DNA of 44,009 nucleotides from Oligoflexales bacterium (GCA_044236265.1 JBIIGV010000009.1:1-44009); one strand, 5' to 3'; numbered from the stretch's first letter, positions 1 through 10,249 are shown. Notes: generated by a model from the sequence alone, not told the origin. Translations and numbers: made by a program.

Positions 1-665
1 AAGTTCTAAATGGACGCGGTATTGTTTTGGATACCGTTGTCCCCATGACAATTACCTCCAATCACAGAGATATTGGTTTTACCTGGTACGCTCGGGATGT
101 TGAAAAAGCCAAGGCATTAATGGCTGAGGCCGGATTCCCAAATGGGCGAGGTTTACCGACGTTCAAGTACGTGACGTCGGCAGGTGGTTCAGCCCAAAGG
201 ATTTTTGAGTTTCATCGACGCACGCTAGAGGAAATTGGCGTCAAAATCACCATAGATGCGATGCCTTATTCATCTTATCTGAAGAAAATCGAAGAAGGGG
301 ATTTTGACCTGATCACCTCAGGCTGGGGCGCTGACTATCCAGATCCCGAAAATTTTACTTCCTTACTGACCGCCCTGGCCCGAACTCAAGGTCAAAATTA
401 TGGTAACTGGAAGAATTCGGATTACGATGCACTATCCGATAAGACGAAAATCACGCCACCTGGTGAGGCTCGTGACAAGCTTTTCCTAGAGATGGCTGAG
501 ATCATAAAAAAGGACGTACCCATTGTACCCCTGATGGGCGCAATTCGTGTGGGTCTTTACCCTAAAAATTGGGTGCGAAATTTTAAACGCGATCTGGAAA
601 GCGACCGCGATGCCATTCATATGGATATCGATGTAGCCAAGCAGAAGGAGGGTCTATCCTTATGA
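1..665 (+). CDS. oppA: Peptide ABC transporter substrate-binding protein (OppA/DppA, SBP family 5), 5'-truncated by the window edge
   Basis: Frame is open from the window start. Motifs DVEKAKALMAEAGFPNG, GDFDL..GWGADYPDPENF and I.KDVPIVPL are present. Followed by two permeases. Confidence 0.9.
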   Translation, partial: VLNGRGIVLDTVVPMTITSNHRDIGFTWYARDVEKAKALMAEAGFPNGRGLPTFKYVTSAGGSAQRIFEFHRRTLEEIGVKITIDAMPYSSYLKKIEEGDFDLITSGWGADYPDPENFTSLLTALARTQGQNYGNWKNSDYDALSDKTKITPPGEARDKLFLEMAEIIKKDVPIVPLMGAIRVGLYPKNWVRNFKRDLESDRDAIHMDIDVAKQKEGLSL

Positions 666-1594
666 TTCAGTATGTCATTAGACGTCTTTTGCAGATGATC
701 CCCATCCTTGTTGGTGTCACATTATTGATCTTTTTCTTGTTCACCTTCTTTGGAGAGGATCCAGCTCGCGTTGCTCTAGGGTCCCATGCAACACCAGAGA
801 AGATTGCCGCATTGCGTGCAAAGTGGGGGCTCGATAAGCCGCTGATCATGCAGTACCTCCAATTTTGGAGGGAGATTTTGACTGCGGATTTTGGACGCTC
901 GTTTGTTAGTGGTGAGCGATTGTCCGAGATGTTTAAGCAAGGGGCCTTGGTGTCGCTTGCTGTGACGATGCCTCCATTTATCATGGGAACAGTTCTGAAC
1001 TTAATCGTGGCGATGCTTGTGGCCTGGTACCGGGGGACGGCATTTGACCGCTTCATGTCAGTGATATTTACTGCTTGCATGAGCGTGTCATTTCTCGTCT
1101 ACGTGCTGCTGTTACAGTACTTTTTGGCCTACAAGCTAGATCTCTTTGAGATTAATGGTTTCATTCCTGGGTTAAAGGGTCTGCCGTATCTATTTTTGCC
1201 TTGGATTATTCTTATGATCGTGCACTTCGGCCCCGACGTCAGACTTTACCGCAGTATATTGCTGGAAGAAACCAAGGCGGACTATGTGCGGACGGCGCGC
1301 GCGAAGGGCTTATCTGAAAAGCAAGTCATGTTTAAGCATGTGTTGAAGAACGCGATGATTCCAGTCATGACGTACACGGTTGTGGAAGTGCCGTTTCTTG
1401 TGATGGGATCATTTGTTTTAGAAAAATATTTTTCGATCCCAGGCCTAGGCGATCTTTTGGTGTCTTCGGTGAATACGGGTGACTTTCCAGTTATTAAAGG
1501 CGTGACGATCATGATCGCCGTGGCTTATTCGCTTTTTAATCTACTAACTGATGTTCTTTATGCGCTGGTCGATCCGCGTGTGAAGTTGTCTTAA
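662..1594 (+). CDS. oppB: Peptide ABC transporter permease (OppB/DppB)
   Basis: MIQYVIRRLLQMIP N-terminus, GLDKPLIMQY, EAA loop DYVRTARAKGL and final DVLYALVDPRV. ATGA overlap with the upstream gene. Confidence 0.93.
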   Translation: MIQYVIRRLLQMIPILVGVTLLIFFLFTFFGEDPARVALGSHATPEKIAALRAKWGLDKPLIMQYLQFWREILTADFGRSFVSGERLSEMFKQGALVSLAVTMPPFIMGTVLNLIVAMLVAWYRGTAFDRFMSVIFTACMSVSFLVYVLLLQYFLAYKLDLFEINGFIPGLKGLPYLFLPWIILMIVHFGPDVRLYRSILLEETKADYVRTARAKGLSEKQVMFKHVLKNAMIPVMTYTVVEVPFLVMGSFVLEKYFSIPGLGDLLVSSVNTGDFPVIKGVTIMIAVAYSLFNLLTDVLYALVDPRVKLS

Positions 1595-1600
1595 GGTGAG

Positions 1601-2488
1601 GTGAACATGAGTGTGACAACGGCTCCATTAAATTCATCTGTGGGCGACTCCCTTGGTCGTCGCGCCTGGAGGCGTCTAAAGCAAAGCCCCCTTACAATGG
1701 CGTGTATGGCGATTGTGGCCATATACCTATTGCTTGCGATGTGTGGATATTTGGGGCTGATTCCTGACTTTCAAAAAGCGGTTGGCGAACCGTTTGCGCC
1801 GCCGTCCGCCGCCAAGCCAGCGCTGTGGCTCGGGCTCGACTTTTTTGGTCGCAGTGTTTTGTTTAAGCTCATAGCTGGCGCGCGTACAGCGATGACTTTG
1901 GGAATCTTGGTGGCTTGTATCAGTCTTCCTATTGGTTTAGCTATGGGAGCGATTGCTGGTTATTTTGGTGGAAGAATCGATGCGGGTGTACAGTGGGTTT
2001 ACTCGGTGATTGTATCGGTGCCGTACATACTGCTGATCATCGCGATCAGCTACATAATGGGTAAAGGACTACTTTCCATCTGCGTTGCTATGGGACTTGT
2101 AGGGTGGGTGGGGCTATGCCGTATGACGAGAGCTGAATTTATCAAGCTTCGCGAACGCGAGTTTGTCATGGCAAGCCGCCTGGTCGGGGCAAGTAATATG
2201 CGCTTGATCTTCAAACATATTCTTCCAAACGTTATGCATATTGCAGTTGTGGCAGCCTCCATGGAAGTGATGGGTGCGATTAAGGCTGAAGTGATTTTGA
2301 CCTATCTGGGTGTTGGTGTGCAGGATGGATCAAGCTGGGGCCAGATGATTGCTGACGCTCCGGGAGAGCTTCTAAACGGAATCTGGTGGCCGACCTTTGG
2401 TGTGAGCGTCACGCTATTTCTCATCGTCTTTGCTCTCAATCGAGTCGGCGATGCCCTGCGGGATGCTTTGGATCCACGTTTAGTCTAA
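1601..2488 (+). CDS. oppC: Peptide ABC transporter permease (OppC/DppC)
   Basis: LGLDFFGRSV, EFVMASRLVGAS..R.IFKHILPN and GDALRDALDPR motifs. Confidence 0.93.
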   Translation: MNMSVTTAPLNSSVGDSLGRRAWRRLKQSPLTMACMAIVAIYLLLAMCGYLGLIPDFQKAVGEPFAPPSAAKPALWLGLDFFGRSVLFKLIAGARTAMTLGILVACISLPIGLAMGAIAGYFGGRIDAGVQWVYSVIVSVPYILLIIAISYIMGKGLLSICVAMGLVGWVGLCRMTRAEFIKLREREFVMASRLVGASNMRLIFKHILPNVMHIAVVAASMEVMGAIKAEVILTYLGVGVQDGSSWGQMIADAPGELLNGIWWPTFGVSVTLFLIVFALNRVGDALRDALDPRLV

Positions 2489-2495
2489 GAGCAAC

Positions 2496-2527
2496 AAAAA
2501 AGGGGACAGATGACTGTCCCCTTTTTT
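2496..2527. terminator. Bidirectional intrinsic terminator
   Basis: AAAAAA-GGGGACAG-atga-CTGTCCCC-TTTTTT between convergent oppC and E2 genes. Confidence 0.9.
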
Positions 2528-2530
2528 AAC

Positions 2531-3874
2531 TCACGGTGCTTCCGTCCAGTTTTCTAAAATCCTCTTATATTCAGCCAACCACATCGCTCCGCCTTCGCCG
2601 TCAATCACGCGGTGATCGAAGGTGAGTGAGGCCATCATCATCGGGCGGATGATGATCTTGTCGTCTGCTGTGACAACTGGGCGCTTAACGATGGCGCCGA
2701 TGCCCAGCATTGCGACTTGGGGTTGATTGATAATAGGGTTAGAGGTGATCGATCCCCAGCCGCCGGGATTGGTGACTGAGAATGTTCCACCGATGACTTC
2801 ATCAGCTTGGAGTTTCTTTGAGCGAGCGCGAGATGCGAGGTCATTCAGGCTTTTGCAGATATCGCGAAGCGTTTTGGTCTCACAGTTCTTAATGACGGGG
2901 ACGATGAGGCCTCCGCCACCTTCGGAGCCTAGTGCTACAGCGCATCCGATATTGATGGCGTCTTTCCAAAGGACTTCGTCACCATCAACCGAGACATTAA
3001 CCACAGGGAATTTCTTAATGGCCTCGACGGCTGCCCGGATTAAAAACGGCGTATAGGTGAGATTGAAGCCTTCGCGCTCAGCAAACGACTTTTTGTGTGC
3101 CTCGCGCATCTCGACGACTTTGTGAAGATCAATCTCAAAGGTTGTGGTGACGTGAGGAGACACACGAACACTTTCGACCATGTGCTCGGCAATGAGACGA
3201 CGCATCTTGGTCATCTTTTCCCGACGAACAGGAACGCCCTCGAGGGTTTCTTGACCATTCGTGTTTTGGGTTGAGACACGGGCTAAAAGGGGCGGTTGAG
3301 CAGCTACCGGCTGACCTGCAGGCATGTGCGCCATAGGATTTTGCTGGTAGGCTTCGATGTCCGCTTTCGTGATGCGTCCACCTAGACCAGTGCCTGGAAC
3401 TCGCCGCAGATCAATACCAAACTCTCTGGCAATCTTGCGTACCAGAGGTGATGAGCGCAAGGTGACAGATCCATCGTGGAAAAAAGTTGGCGCAGCTGTA
3501 TTGCCAGAACCAGCGCGTGCCATGGGTGCTGCGTTACCAGACGCAGACGTGCGACTTCCGGGCGCTGCTGCCGGTTTGCCAGCCGAAGCTCCGGCTTTTT
3601 TTGCCGATGCTGCAGGAATTTCTGCACCCTGCGGTCCAATCCAGCCAATGGTCGCATTAACCTCGATGGTTGTGCCTTCGGTGGCTAGAGTCTTGAGTAG
3701 GGTGCCCGACGCTGGGGATGGAATCTCTGTGTCGACCTTATCTGTAGACACCTCGAGAAGAGGCTCGTCTTTGTTGACAGACTCGCCAGGTTTTTTGAGC
3801 CACTTCACAAGCGTGGCCTCGGCAATTCCTTCACCCATTGATGGCAATATGACTTCTGTTACGTCTGAACTCAT
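2531..3874 (-). CDS. 2-oxoacid dehydrogenase E2 (dihydrolipoamide acyltransferase, SucB/BkdB-like) with a single lipoyl domain
   Basis: Lipoyl motif EVSTDKVDTEIPSP, E3-binding SPLVRKIARE..GTGLGGRITKADI and catalytic DHRVIDG. Start reassigned to ATG 3874 (MSSDVTEV). Confidence 0.93.
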   Translation of the reverse strand: MSSDVTEVILPSMGEGIAEATLVKWLKKPGESVNKDEPLLEVSTDKVDTEIPSPASGTLLKTLATEGTTIEVNATIGWIGPQGAEIPAASAKKAGASAGKPAAAPGSRTSASGNAAPMARAGSGNTAAPTFFHDGSVTLRSSPLVRKIAREFGIDLRRVPGTGLGGRITKADIEAYQQNPMAHMPAGQPVAAQPPLLARVSTQNTNGQETLEGVPVRREKMTKMRRLIAEHMVESVRVSPHVTTTFEIDLHKVVEMREAHKKSFAEREGFNLTYTPFLIRAAVEAIKKFPVVNVSVDGDEVLWKDAINIGCAVALGSEGGGGLIVPVIKNCETKTLRDICKSLNDLASRARSKKLQADEVIGGTFSVTNPGGWGSITSNPIINQPQVAMLGIGAIVKRPVVTADDKIIIRPMMMASLTFDHRVIDGEGGAMWLAEYKRILENWTEAP

Positions 3875-3906
3875 GCGCTTTTTACTTTCGGTTACGGAGT
3901 CAATAA

Positions 3907-5301
3907 TCACATGTGAACCGCAGCGCCCAACGCGGCATGGGCTGCTTCCATGATGGTCTCACTCAACGTCGGATGCGGATGGATCGTGTGGGCGATTTCA
4001 TCAACGGTCGTCTCCAGTACTTTGCCAAGGCTGAACTCAGCGATCATTTCCGTAGCGCGTGCATGGACAATGTGAACGCCCAAAATCTCGCGGTATTTTG
4101 GCTCAAACAGGATTTTGATAAAGCCGTCGGTTGCATCTTCAATCTTCGCTTTTGCCATCGGGCTGAACGGGAATTTTCCTGACTTGTATTCAATGCCCTT
4201 TTCCTTCAGCGCTTTTTCCGTCATACCGATCGACGCGATTTCAGGATACGTGTAAATGGCGCTTGGATTTGCTTCGTAGTGCACTTTGTGAGGCTTTTTG
4301 CCGGCGATCACTTCTGCACAGTTAAATGCTTCCGCGCTGGCTGTGTGGGCAAGCATCGGTGTTGGGATGACGTCACCAATGGCGTAGATACCGTCACAGG
4401 ATGTTTTATAGGTGGCAAGGTCGACTTTGATAAATCCACGGTCTGTTGTGACACCGACGGTGTTTAGTCCAATGTCATCGGTTACCGGCTCGCGACCAAT
4501 CGAGACTAACACCTTCGCAAATGTTCTGGTGCTTTCGGCTGTCGTCAGCTTAACGCCGTCTTTGCCTTTGTCTTCGATCGCTGTGATTTTGGCACCGGTT
4601 TCAAACTGTACGCCTTGTTTTTTCACGCAACGCACAAGCTCTTTAACAGTCTCCTCGTCTTCGTAGGGGAGCACTTGTGGAGCAGCCTCGACGACGGTGA
4701 CATCTGTGCCGAAACGGGCAAACAAGCTTGCAAATTCAATCCCAACCACGCCACCACCAATGATGGCCATAGACTTAGGCACTTCAGTGATGAAGAGTAC
4801 GTCGTCAGAACTCATGATGCCCTTGCCGTTTGTCTTGGCAAATGGCAGCTGACGCACGCGGCTACCTGTGGCGATCATGATGTTGCGGGTTTCAAGGGTG
4901 GTCGACTTACCATCGTTTAATGCAACGGTGACTTTACCTTTGCCCGCGATACGGCCGTGGCCTTCGAAGACTTCGATTTTGTTTTTCTTCATGAGAAAGC
5001 GCAGGCCCTTGCGCTGATCGTCGACGATCTTATCCTTGCGGCCCATGATCTTATCCCATGAGTATTTGGGGCTACCCGCCTGGAATCCGAGTTCTTCAAT
5101 ATGCTGGAGCTTGTCCCAAGTCTTGGCGCTCTCAAGAAGTGCTTTTGTCGGAATACAACCGACGTTCAAACACGTACCACCAAGGTGTTGAAATTTTTCA
5201 ATGAGAGCAACTTTAAGTCCCAGTTGCGCGGCGCGGATTGCGCCCACATATCCACCCGGTCCGGAACCGATAACGACAAGATCAAAAGCATTTGCTGACA
5301 T
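3907..5301 (-). CDS. lpdA: Dihydrolipoyl dehydrogenase (E3)
   Basis: GSGPGGY FAD motif, redox-active GGTCLNVGCIP and C-terminal HPHPTLSE. Start ATG 5301 with GGGAG RBS. Confidence 0.96.
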   Translation of the reverse strand: MSANAFDLVVIGSGPGGYVGAIRAAQLGLKVALIEKFQHLGGTCLNVGCIPTKALLESAKTWDKLQHIEELGFQAGSPKYSWDKIMGRKDKIVDDQRKGLRFLMKKNKIEVFEGHGRIAGKGKVTVALNDGKSTTLETRNIMIATGSRVRQLPFAKTNGKGIMSSDDVLFITEVPKSMAIIGGGVVGIEFASLFARFGTDVTVVEAAPQVLPYEDEETVKELVRCVKKQGVQFETGAKITAIEDKGKDGVKLTTAESTRTFAKVLVSIGREPVTDDIGLNTVGVTTDRGFIKVDLATYKTSCDGIYAIGDVIPTPMLAHTASAEAFNCAEVIAGKKPHKVHYEANPSAIYTYPEIASIGMTEKALKEKGIEYKSGKFPFSPMAKAKIEDATDGFIKILFEPKYREILGVHIVHARATEMIAEFSLGKVLETTVDEIAHTIHPHPTLSETIMEAAHAALGAAVHM

Positions 5302-5503
5302 AAAGAGATAAACTCCCTTCGACAAGTGAGATTTAAGTCTAAGAAATGTAATGGAAAATCTCGGTTCTTCCAATTATGTTTTTAGGGATTTTCAGGTAGC
5401 CTCAGTCCTGCGCATGGGTAAACTCTTGCTGCCCGCAAAGCTTGGTGTTAGAACCCTGCCAATTGCTGAACATTTCAGGGATTTATCTGAGACAGGATCG
5501 TAC

Positions 5504-6007
5504 ATGGGCGATATGCCTAAAAATGAAACATTAGGATTTGCATGGTTTTGGGAAGGCTTGGATCAATATCTTGATCAAATGGGCCTAAAACAGACCCAGC
5601 AACGCCGCGTGATCGTACAGCATTTTTTGTCGATTAACTCTCATGTGGACGCTGAGGAGCTGCATCGTCGTGTGCGGGCTGAGGGGCATGATATTGGTCT
5701 GGCTACCATTTACCGAACTCTCAATTTACTGACGGAAGCTGGGCTCATCGAACAAAAGTCCTTTCAAGATGGGCGCTCCGTATTCGAAGTGGCTCACCCC
5801 GGCGCTCATCACGATCACCTGATCTGCACGGAGTGCGGTCATGTGGTTGAGTTTGAAGATCAAGATATTGAACTGCTACAGGAAAAAATCGCGTCCAAGT
5901 TTGGGATGGAATTGAAAACCCATCGTTTGGATCTATTTGGAACATGCAAAGACAAGGCGGTTTGCGCCTCCAGGAAAAAACGACAAGAAAATCAGACACA
6001 AATTTAA
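5504..6007 (+). CDS. fur: Fur-family metal-responsive transcriptional regulator
   Basis: T.QR..I, H.DAEEL, IGLATIYRTLNLL and HHDHLICTECG. Start probably ATG 5504 or 5513 rather than 5351. Confidence 0.88.
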   Translation: MGDMPKNETLGFAWFWEGLDQYLDQMGLKQTQQRRVIVQHFLSINSHVDAEELHRRVRAEGHDIGLATIYRTLNLLTEAGLIEQKSFQDGRSVFEVAHPGAHHDHLICTECGHVVEFEDQDIELLQEKIASKFGMELKTHRLDLFGTCKDKAVCASRKKRQENQTQI

Positions 6008-6016
6008 TGAGATTAT

Positions 6017-7903
6017 TTATTTTTGGTCTCTGAATGATCCTGGTGGCTGCGGTGTCGGATTTTTTTCCCGAAATTCAGGATCCGTCATACGTAAGAAGAA
6101 ATCTGAATATTGACGCCCGTGATCTTTGTAAAACGATGGATCGATACGGCTAGCCAGACTGAGTAGCCCCAACACCACTGCCATTGCAAATGCAAATACC
6201 AAGATCGCTTTCAAAACGACCGTATCAACGTAGTTAGACAGTTTGAAGGCTGGGGCATAACGCGCAGACTTTTGAACGGGAACTGCGCGGCGAGGTTTTA
6301 CCGGTGGTCTCGCGGGTCGTGGAAGTGTAGCCTGTGCGTTGGCCCCTCTAGCATCCGGGATTTCTCCTGCCACAGTCTCCGAAGCAAAGCCTGCAGCTTG
6401 AGATAATGACTCTTTGGCACTGTTGGCAAGATCAATGCTCAGCGCCGTCTCGAGAAAATGTTTTTTGTAATATTGATCGACCATAGCGAGTAACGCTTCA
6501 CTTAAAATCACTTCCTCGCGCGGTGTCACGTCAGCAAGATAAAACGAGCCATGATGAACAAATTGCGACGTGGAAGTCTTGGCTGCATTGACTGTATTCC
6601 CCAGGACTCGCACGTATGGAGCCCTGCCAAGGGATTTTCTCAAAATCGGCGCTTCAAGGCGCACGGCAGCAAATGCAGAGACTGAGAAGGGTAGAGATAT
6701 TTGCCCCACTGTTGGATTGAGAGATGTCAGTCGCGCTGGCATCTGCAGCTCGATCCGGCTCCATGCTTGATCCGGGAGAATGTGCATCCGCCGATCGTCT
6801 GCTTTAACGGCCGCCTGAGGGTTCAGATTGTACGTCTTTATGGCGTCTGCGATTTTCTTCTGCTCGTAGGAGGCTTCGAAATGGATCTTCTGGCGTGAAA
6901 AGACTTTTTTGACGTCTATGCTAGATTCATCTGCGTTAAAGATCACAACTTGTGTCTGGCCATCAAGTTTGGATGCGAAAAGCTGAAGATCTACAGGCTC
7001 AAGGGATGCAATAATTTTATGATCAAGAAAGATCACATCAGGTGTAAAAAAGGATAGCTCCATGGCCATCGTACTTCGCAGAAGAGCAACTTTGACTTCA
7101 ACTTGATTTTTATTGAGGTCGGTAGCGAGTCCTCGTCTGATCTCAGGGTTGCTGACTGCAACGAATGCTCTAAAACGGGTTGCTTGTCCTGGATGGGCGC
7201 TGATTTGACGTTTGACAGCAATCTTAGCGCTTTCGACGTGCGACTCCGGGACGCGCCATCTGCATGTCAGTGCCTGGCTGAAACGGTACATGAGCTCATC
7301 GCGATGGACGCTCTCCACAGTTAGACTAATGTAAGGAACCCCCAAGTCAGCGCTGATTGCCCCGGTGATTTGGAGGTTTGACCCCATTGTCTGCCCGCCG
7401 CGGCATTCAATGCGCATATGCGTTTCGCTAATCCAAACGACACGAGCCGGAGCATACGCCATGGCTAATTGATTCATCGAAATTTCACAGAGCGGTTTGG
7501 CGAGTTCAACGGGCTTTGCTGATGCCGCATGCTTAAATCTCTGTAGCCATCGTTCATCGCTGAGGCTAAAGGGAATCAGATCTCGAAAATTTTCCGATGC
7601 TGCAGCCTTTTCGGCATCTGGTGCATCGCTCACAAGAGATAGTATAAATTTTGTGCTGCTTAACTCAGGATGTTGATTTAAGCGCTCAATTGATTTGGCT
7701 ATGTTCTGCTGATTTTTGCGGTCCACATCAATCAGGATACATGTCGGACGTTGATCATTGAGGGACTCAAGGGCTGCTTTTATAGTGCCTATGAACGCGA
7801 CATCATAGCCTAGATGCGCCATTTGGGCCGCACGACGTTTGTGCTCCTCCAGAGTTGTCTCTGTGAGCCATAACGTACGCTTGCCTTTCGTCGTCGCTAC
7901 CAT
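6017..7903 (-). CDS. Membrane-anchored protein with two degenerate receiver (REC)-like domains, each followed by a PilZ-like beta region
   Basis: 628-aa ORF with REC-like segments (LGYDV...RPTCILIDV and FTPDVIFLDH) and a C-terminal hydrophobic helix (AILVFAFAMAVVLGLLSLA). Domain calls are by eye. Confidence 0.6.
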   Translation of the reverse strand: MVATTKGKRTLWLTETTLEEHKRRAAQMAHLGYDVAFIGTIKAALESLNDQRPTCILIDVDRKNQQNIAKSIERLNQHPELSSTKFILSLVSDAPDAEKAAASENFRDLIPFSLSDERWLQRFKHAASAKPVELAKPLCEISMNQLAMAYAPARVVWISETHMRIECRGGQTMGSNLQITGAISADLGVPYISLTVESVHRDELMYRFSQALTCRWRVPESHVESAKIAVKRQISAHPGQATRFRAFVAVSNPEIRRGLATDLNKNQVEVKVALLRSTMAMELSFFTPDVIFLDHKIIASLEPVDLQLFASKLDGQTQVVIFNADESSIDVKKVFSRQKIHFEASYEQKKIADAIKTYNLNPQAAVKADDRRMHILPDQAWSRIELQMPARLTSLNPTVGQISLPFSVSAFAAVRLEAPILRKSLGRAPYVRVLGNTVNAAKTSTSQFVHHGSFYLADVTPREEVILSEALLAMVDQYYKKHFLETALSIDLANSAKESLSQAAGFASETVAGEIPDARGANAQATLPRPARPPVKPRRAVPVQKSARYAPAFKLSNYVDTVVLKAILVFAFAMAVVLGLLSLASRIDPSFYKDHGRQYSDFFLRMTDPEFREKNPTPQPPGSFRDQK

Positions 7904-7946
7904 CTAATGCAGACCCCTTCCAAGAACCTAAGAATAACCTGTTGGC

Positions 7947-7973
7947 TGTTCGGGGGACTTTTGTAAAAGTTTA
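7947..7973 (-). promoter_or_regulatory. Putative sigma28 (FliA)-like promoter
   Basis: Minus strand reads TAAA-N15-CCCGAACA (TAAACTTT-N11-CCCGAACA) versus consensus TAAAGTTT-N11-GCCGATAA, about 45 nt upstream of the ATG at 7903. Confidence 0.4.
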
Positions 7974-8120
7974 AAAAATGAATTTTGGCGGAATGAGAAA
8001 AAAATCCGATTTGTCTGGGATTTGCGCAATGTTAAATAGTCTTTGACCTTGTTTCACAGACCTAGTCGCGGTCCTTTCTGTGATAGAATGAAAGGACTAA
8101 TGATTTTAGAGGAATCCATT

Positions 8121-10223
8121 ATGATGATCGGTAAATTTCAGCGTATTGCATTCAAAACCATGGCCGCTGCCTTGATGATCTCGTCAGTTTCATCGAGCGC
8201 ATTCGCGCTGGATTGTAAGCAGGTGCGTTTGTTGACGCAGGCTTATTTCAAGATGCATTTCACCTACACCGAGTTCAACGATGAGCTGAGCAAGCGATCG
8301 CTGGAACTTTTTCTTCGTTCATGGGATCCAGGAAAACTTTACTTTTTGCAAAGCGATGTTGATCGGTTTGAGCGGGATTATGCCACTAAGATTGATGATG
8401 CAGTAAATCGGGCTGACTGCAGCTTCATAGACGACATCGTCGGCACCTATGGTAAGCGTTTTGAGGATACTCAAAAAGCCATCAATGAAGCCGTGGCTGC
8501 TACCCATGACTTCAGTGTTGACGAATACATGGAAGTCGATCGTAAAAAAATGCCATGGGCAAAGACACCGCAGGAAATCGGTGAGCGATGGCGTAAGCGC
8601 GTCAAGTTTCAGGTTCTGCAACTTAGAGAGACCATTACCGACGCCGCTAAAATCAAAGAGAAGATGGCAAAGCGCATGGATCTGATGCGCAAGCAACATA
8701 AGAAAACCAGTAGTGATCAAGTGATGGGTATTTTTCTCAATGCATTTGCTAGTGCTCTCGATCCGCATAGCGACTACATGAGCCCGGACGATCTCGAAGA
8801 TTTCCGGATCAATACTAGATTATCGCTCGAGGGTATCGGTGCTGTTCTCCGCAGTGAAGATGGTTTTACGACTATACAGTCATTGGTCCCCGGCGGTGCT
8901 GCGGCGCAGAGTGGAAAAGTCAAAGTTGACGACAAGATTATTGCTGTTGCTCAAATAAATGACGCGCCAGTTGATGTCATCGACATGGATCTGCGCGACG
9001 TGGTGAAGTTGATTCGTGGAAAGCAGGGCACCGAGGTGAAGCTGACTCTTGTCCGTGAGGAAAAGGGCTCCAACGTACAATTGCAGGTCGTACTGAAACG
9101 CCAGAAAGTTCAACTGACTGACCGGGCAGCTAAATCCAAGGTTCGAGTTGTACAGGTTGGTGAGGGAGCTGAAGCTCGCGATATGAAGGTAGGGGTCATT
9201 GCGCTGCCATCGTTTTATATGGATTTTGAAGGGCGTCAGAATAAACAGAAAGACTTCAAAAGTTCTTCAGCTGACATGCTTAGAGAGATTGATGCGATGA
9301 AGAAGCAGGGCGTTGAAGCCATTGTTGTGGACTTGCGTAACAACGGTGGCGGCTCACTCGATGAGGCCATCAATGTGTCTGGTTTGTTTATCAAGACAGG
9401 GCCTGTTGTTCAAATTCGCGCAAGTGATGGAAGTAATTTCGTTCAGGACGATAAAGATCCAAGTGTGGCTTGGGATGGTCCATTGACGGTGATTATTAAT
9501 CGGCAGTCAGCGTCGGCCAGTGAAATTTTCGCTGGCGCGATCCAAGACTACGGACGTGGATTGATTGTCGGGGATACTCATACCTTTGGTAAGGGCACAG
9601 TCCAAAATCTTCATGACGTCAGTGATAAATTGGGAGCCATCAAAGTCACGATTTCGAAGTTCTATCGGCCGTCTGGATCCAGTACACAGTTGCGCGGTGT
9701 TGAATCTGATATTGTTTTCCCTGACTTGATGGATCAATTGGAGATGGGAGAGAAGTTTTACGACTATGCGTTGCCATGGGAGAAGATCAAGGATTCTGAC
9801 TACAAGAGCTTGGGGGCCGTCTCGCCATTTTTGACCAAGCTCAAAGAAGTGAGTGCTGCGCGCGTGGCAGCGGATGAAGGGTTTAAACTTGTTGCCGAAG
9901 ATATTAAAACTTACAAAGACGGAGAGATTGAGCGGTCGCGCATATCACTTCGGGAAAAGTCTGCGAAGGAAAAAGCAGCTGAAAAGGCGAAGCTTGAAAA
10001 GCGAAGTGGTGGTAAGAAGAAAGGTAAGTCTGAGGCGGGTGATGACGAAACAGAAATTCCTTTGATCGATGATTACATGCTGCAGGAGACTTTACGTGTC
10101 ACCGCTGACTATGCAGCACTACGATCAGGCAAAAATTTGTCAAAGGTGTCGATTCCGGAGGTCGTGAAGGCCCAGAAACAGCGTCAGGCGCAAGAGAAGA
10201 AGGCCCTAAAGCCTAAAACCTAA
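8121..10223 (+). CDS. prc: Carboxy-terminal processing protease (Prc/Tsp, S41A) with signal peptide and PDZ domain
   Basis: LDPHSDY, LEGIGAVL (PDZ), DLRNNGGGSL, catalytic SASASEIFAGAIQDYGRG and TFGKGTVQ. Start about 8121 after GAGG. Confidence 0.93.
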   Translation: MMIGKFQRIAFKTMAAALMISSVSSSAFALDCKQVRLLTQAYFKMHFTYTEFNDELSKRSLELFLRSWDPGKLYFLQSDVDRFERDYATKIDDAVNRADCSFIDDIVGTYGKRFEDTQKAINEAVAATHDFSVDEYMEVDRKKMPWAKTPQEIGERWRKRVKFQVLQLRETITDAAKIKEKMAKRMDLMRKQHKKTSSDQVMGIFLNAFASALDPHSDYMSPDDLEDFRINTRLSLEGIGAVLRSEDGFTTIQSLVPGGAAAQSGKVKVDDKIIAVAQINDAPVDVIDMDLRDVVKLIRGKQGTEVKLTLVREEKGSNVQLQVVLKRQKVQLTDRAAKSKVRVVQVGEGAEARDMKVGVIALPSFYMDFEGRQNKQKDFKSSSADMLREIDAMKKQGVEAIVVDLRNNGGGSLDEAINVSGLFIKTGPVVQIRASDGSNFVQDDKDPSVAWDGPLTVIINRQSASASEIFAGAIQDYGRGLIVGDTHTFGKGTVQNLHDVSDKLGAIKVTISKFYRPSGSSTQLRGVESDIVFPDLMDQLEMGEKFYDYALPWEKIKDSDYKSLGAVSPFLTKLKEVSAARVAADEGFKLVAEDIKTYKDGEIERSRISLREKSAKEKAAEKAKLEKRSGGKKKGKSEAGDDETEIPLIDDYMLQETLRVTADYAALRSGKNLSKVSIPEVVKAQKQRQAQEKKALKPKT

Positions 10224-10249
10224 AACCTGATCTAGCCAACATTCGAATG

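Noticed and set aside
662..2527. Missing ATPase genes (oppD/F) after oppC
   Set aside because: They may lie upstream of the window or elsewhere in the genome, and split opp loci are common.
5351..5503. N-terminal extensions and overlap of the fur and lpdA ORFs in the track
   Set aside because: Artefact of longest-ORF calling. Family homology begins at the downstream ATGs.
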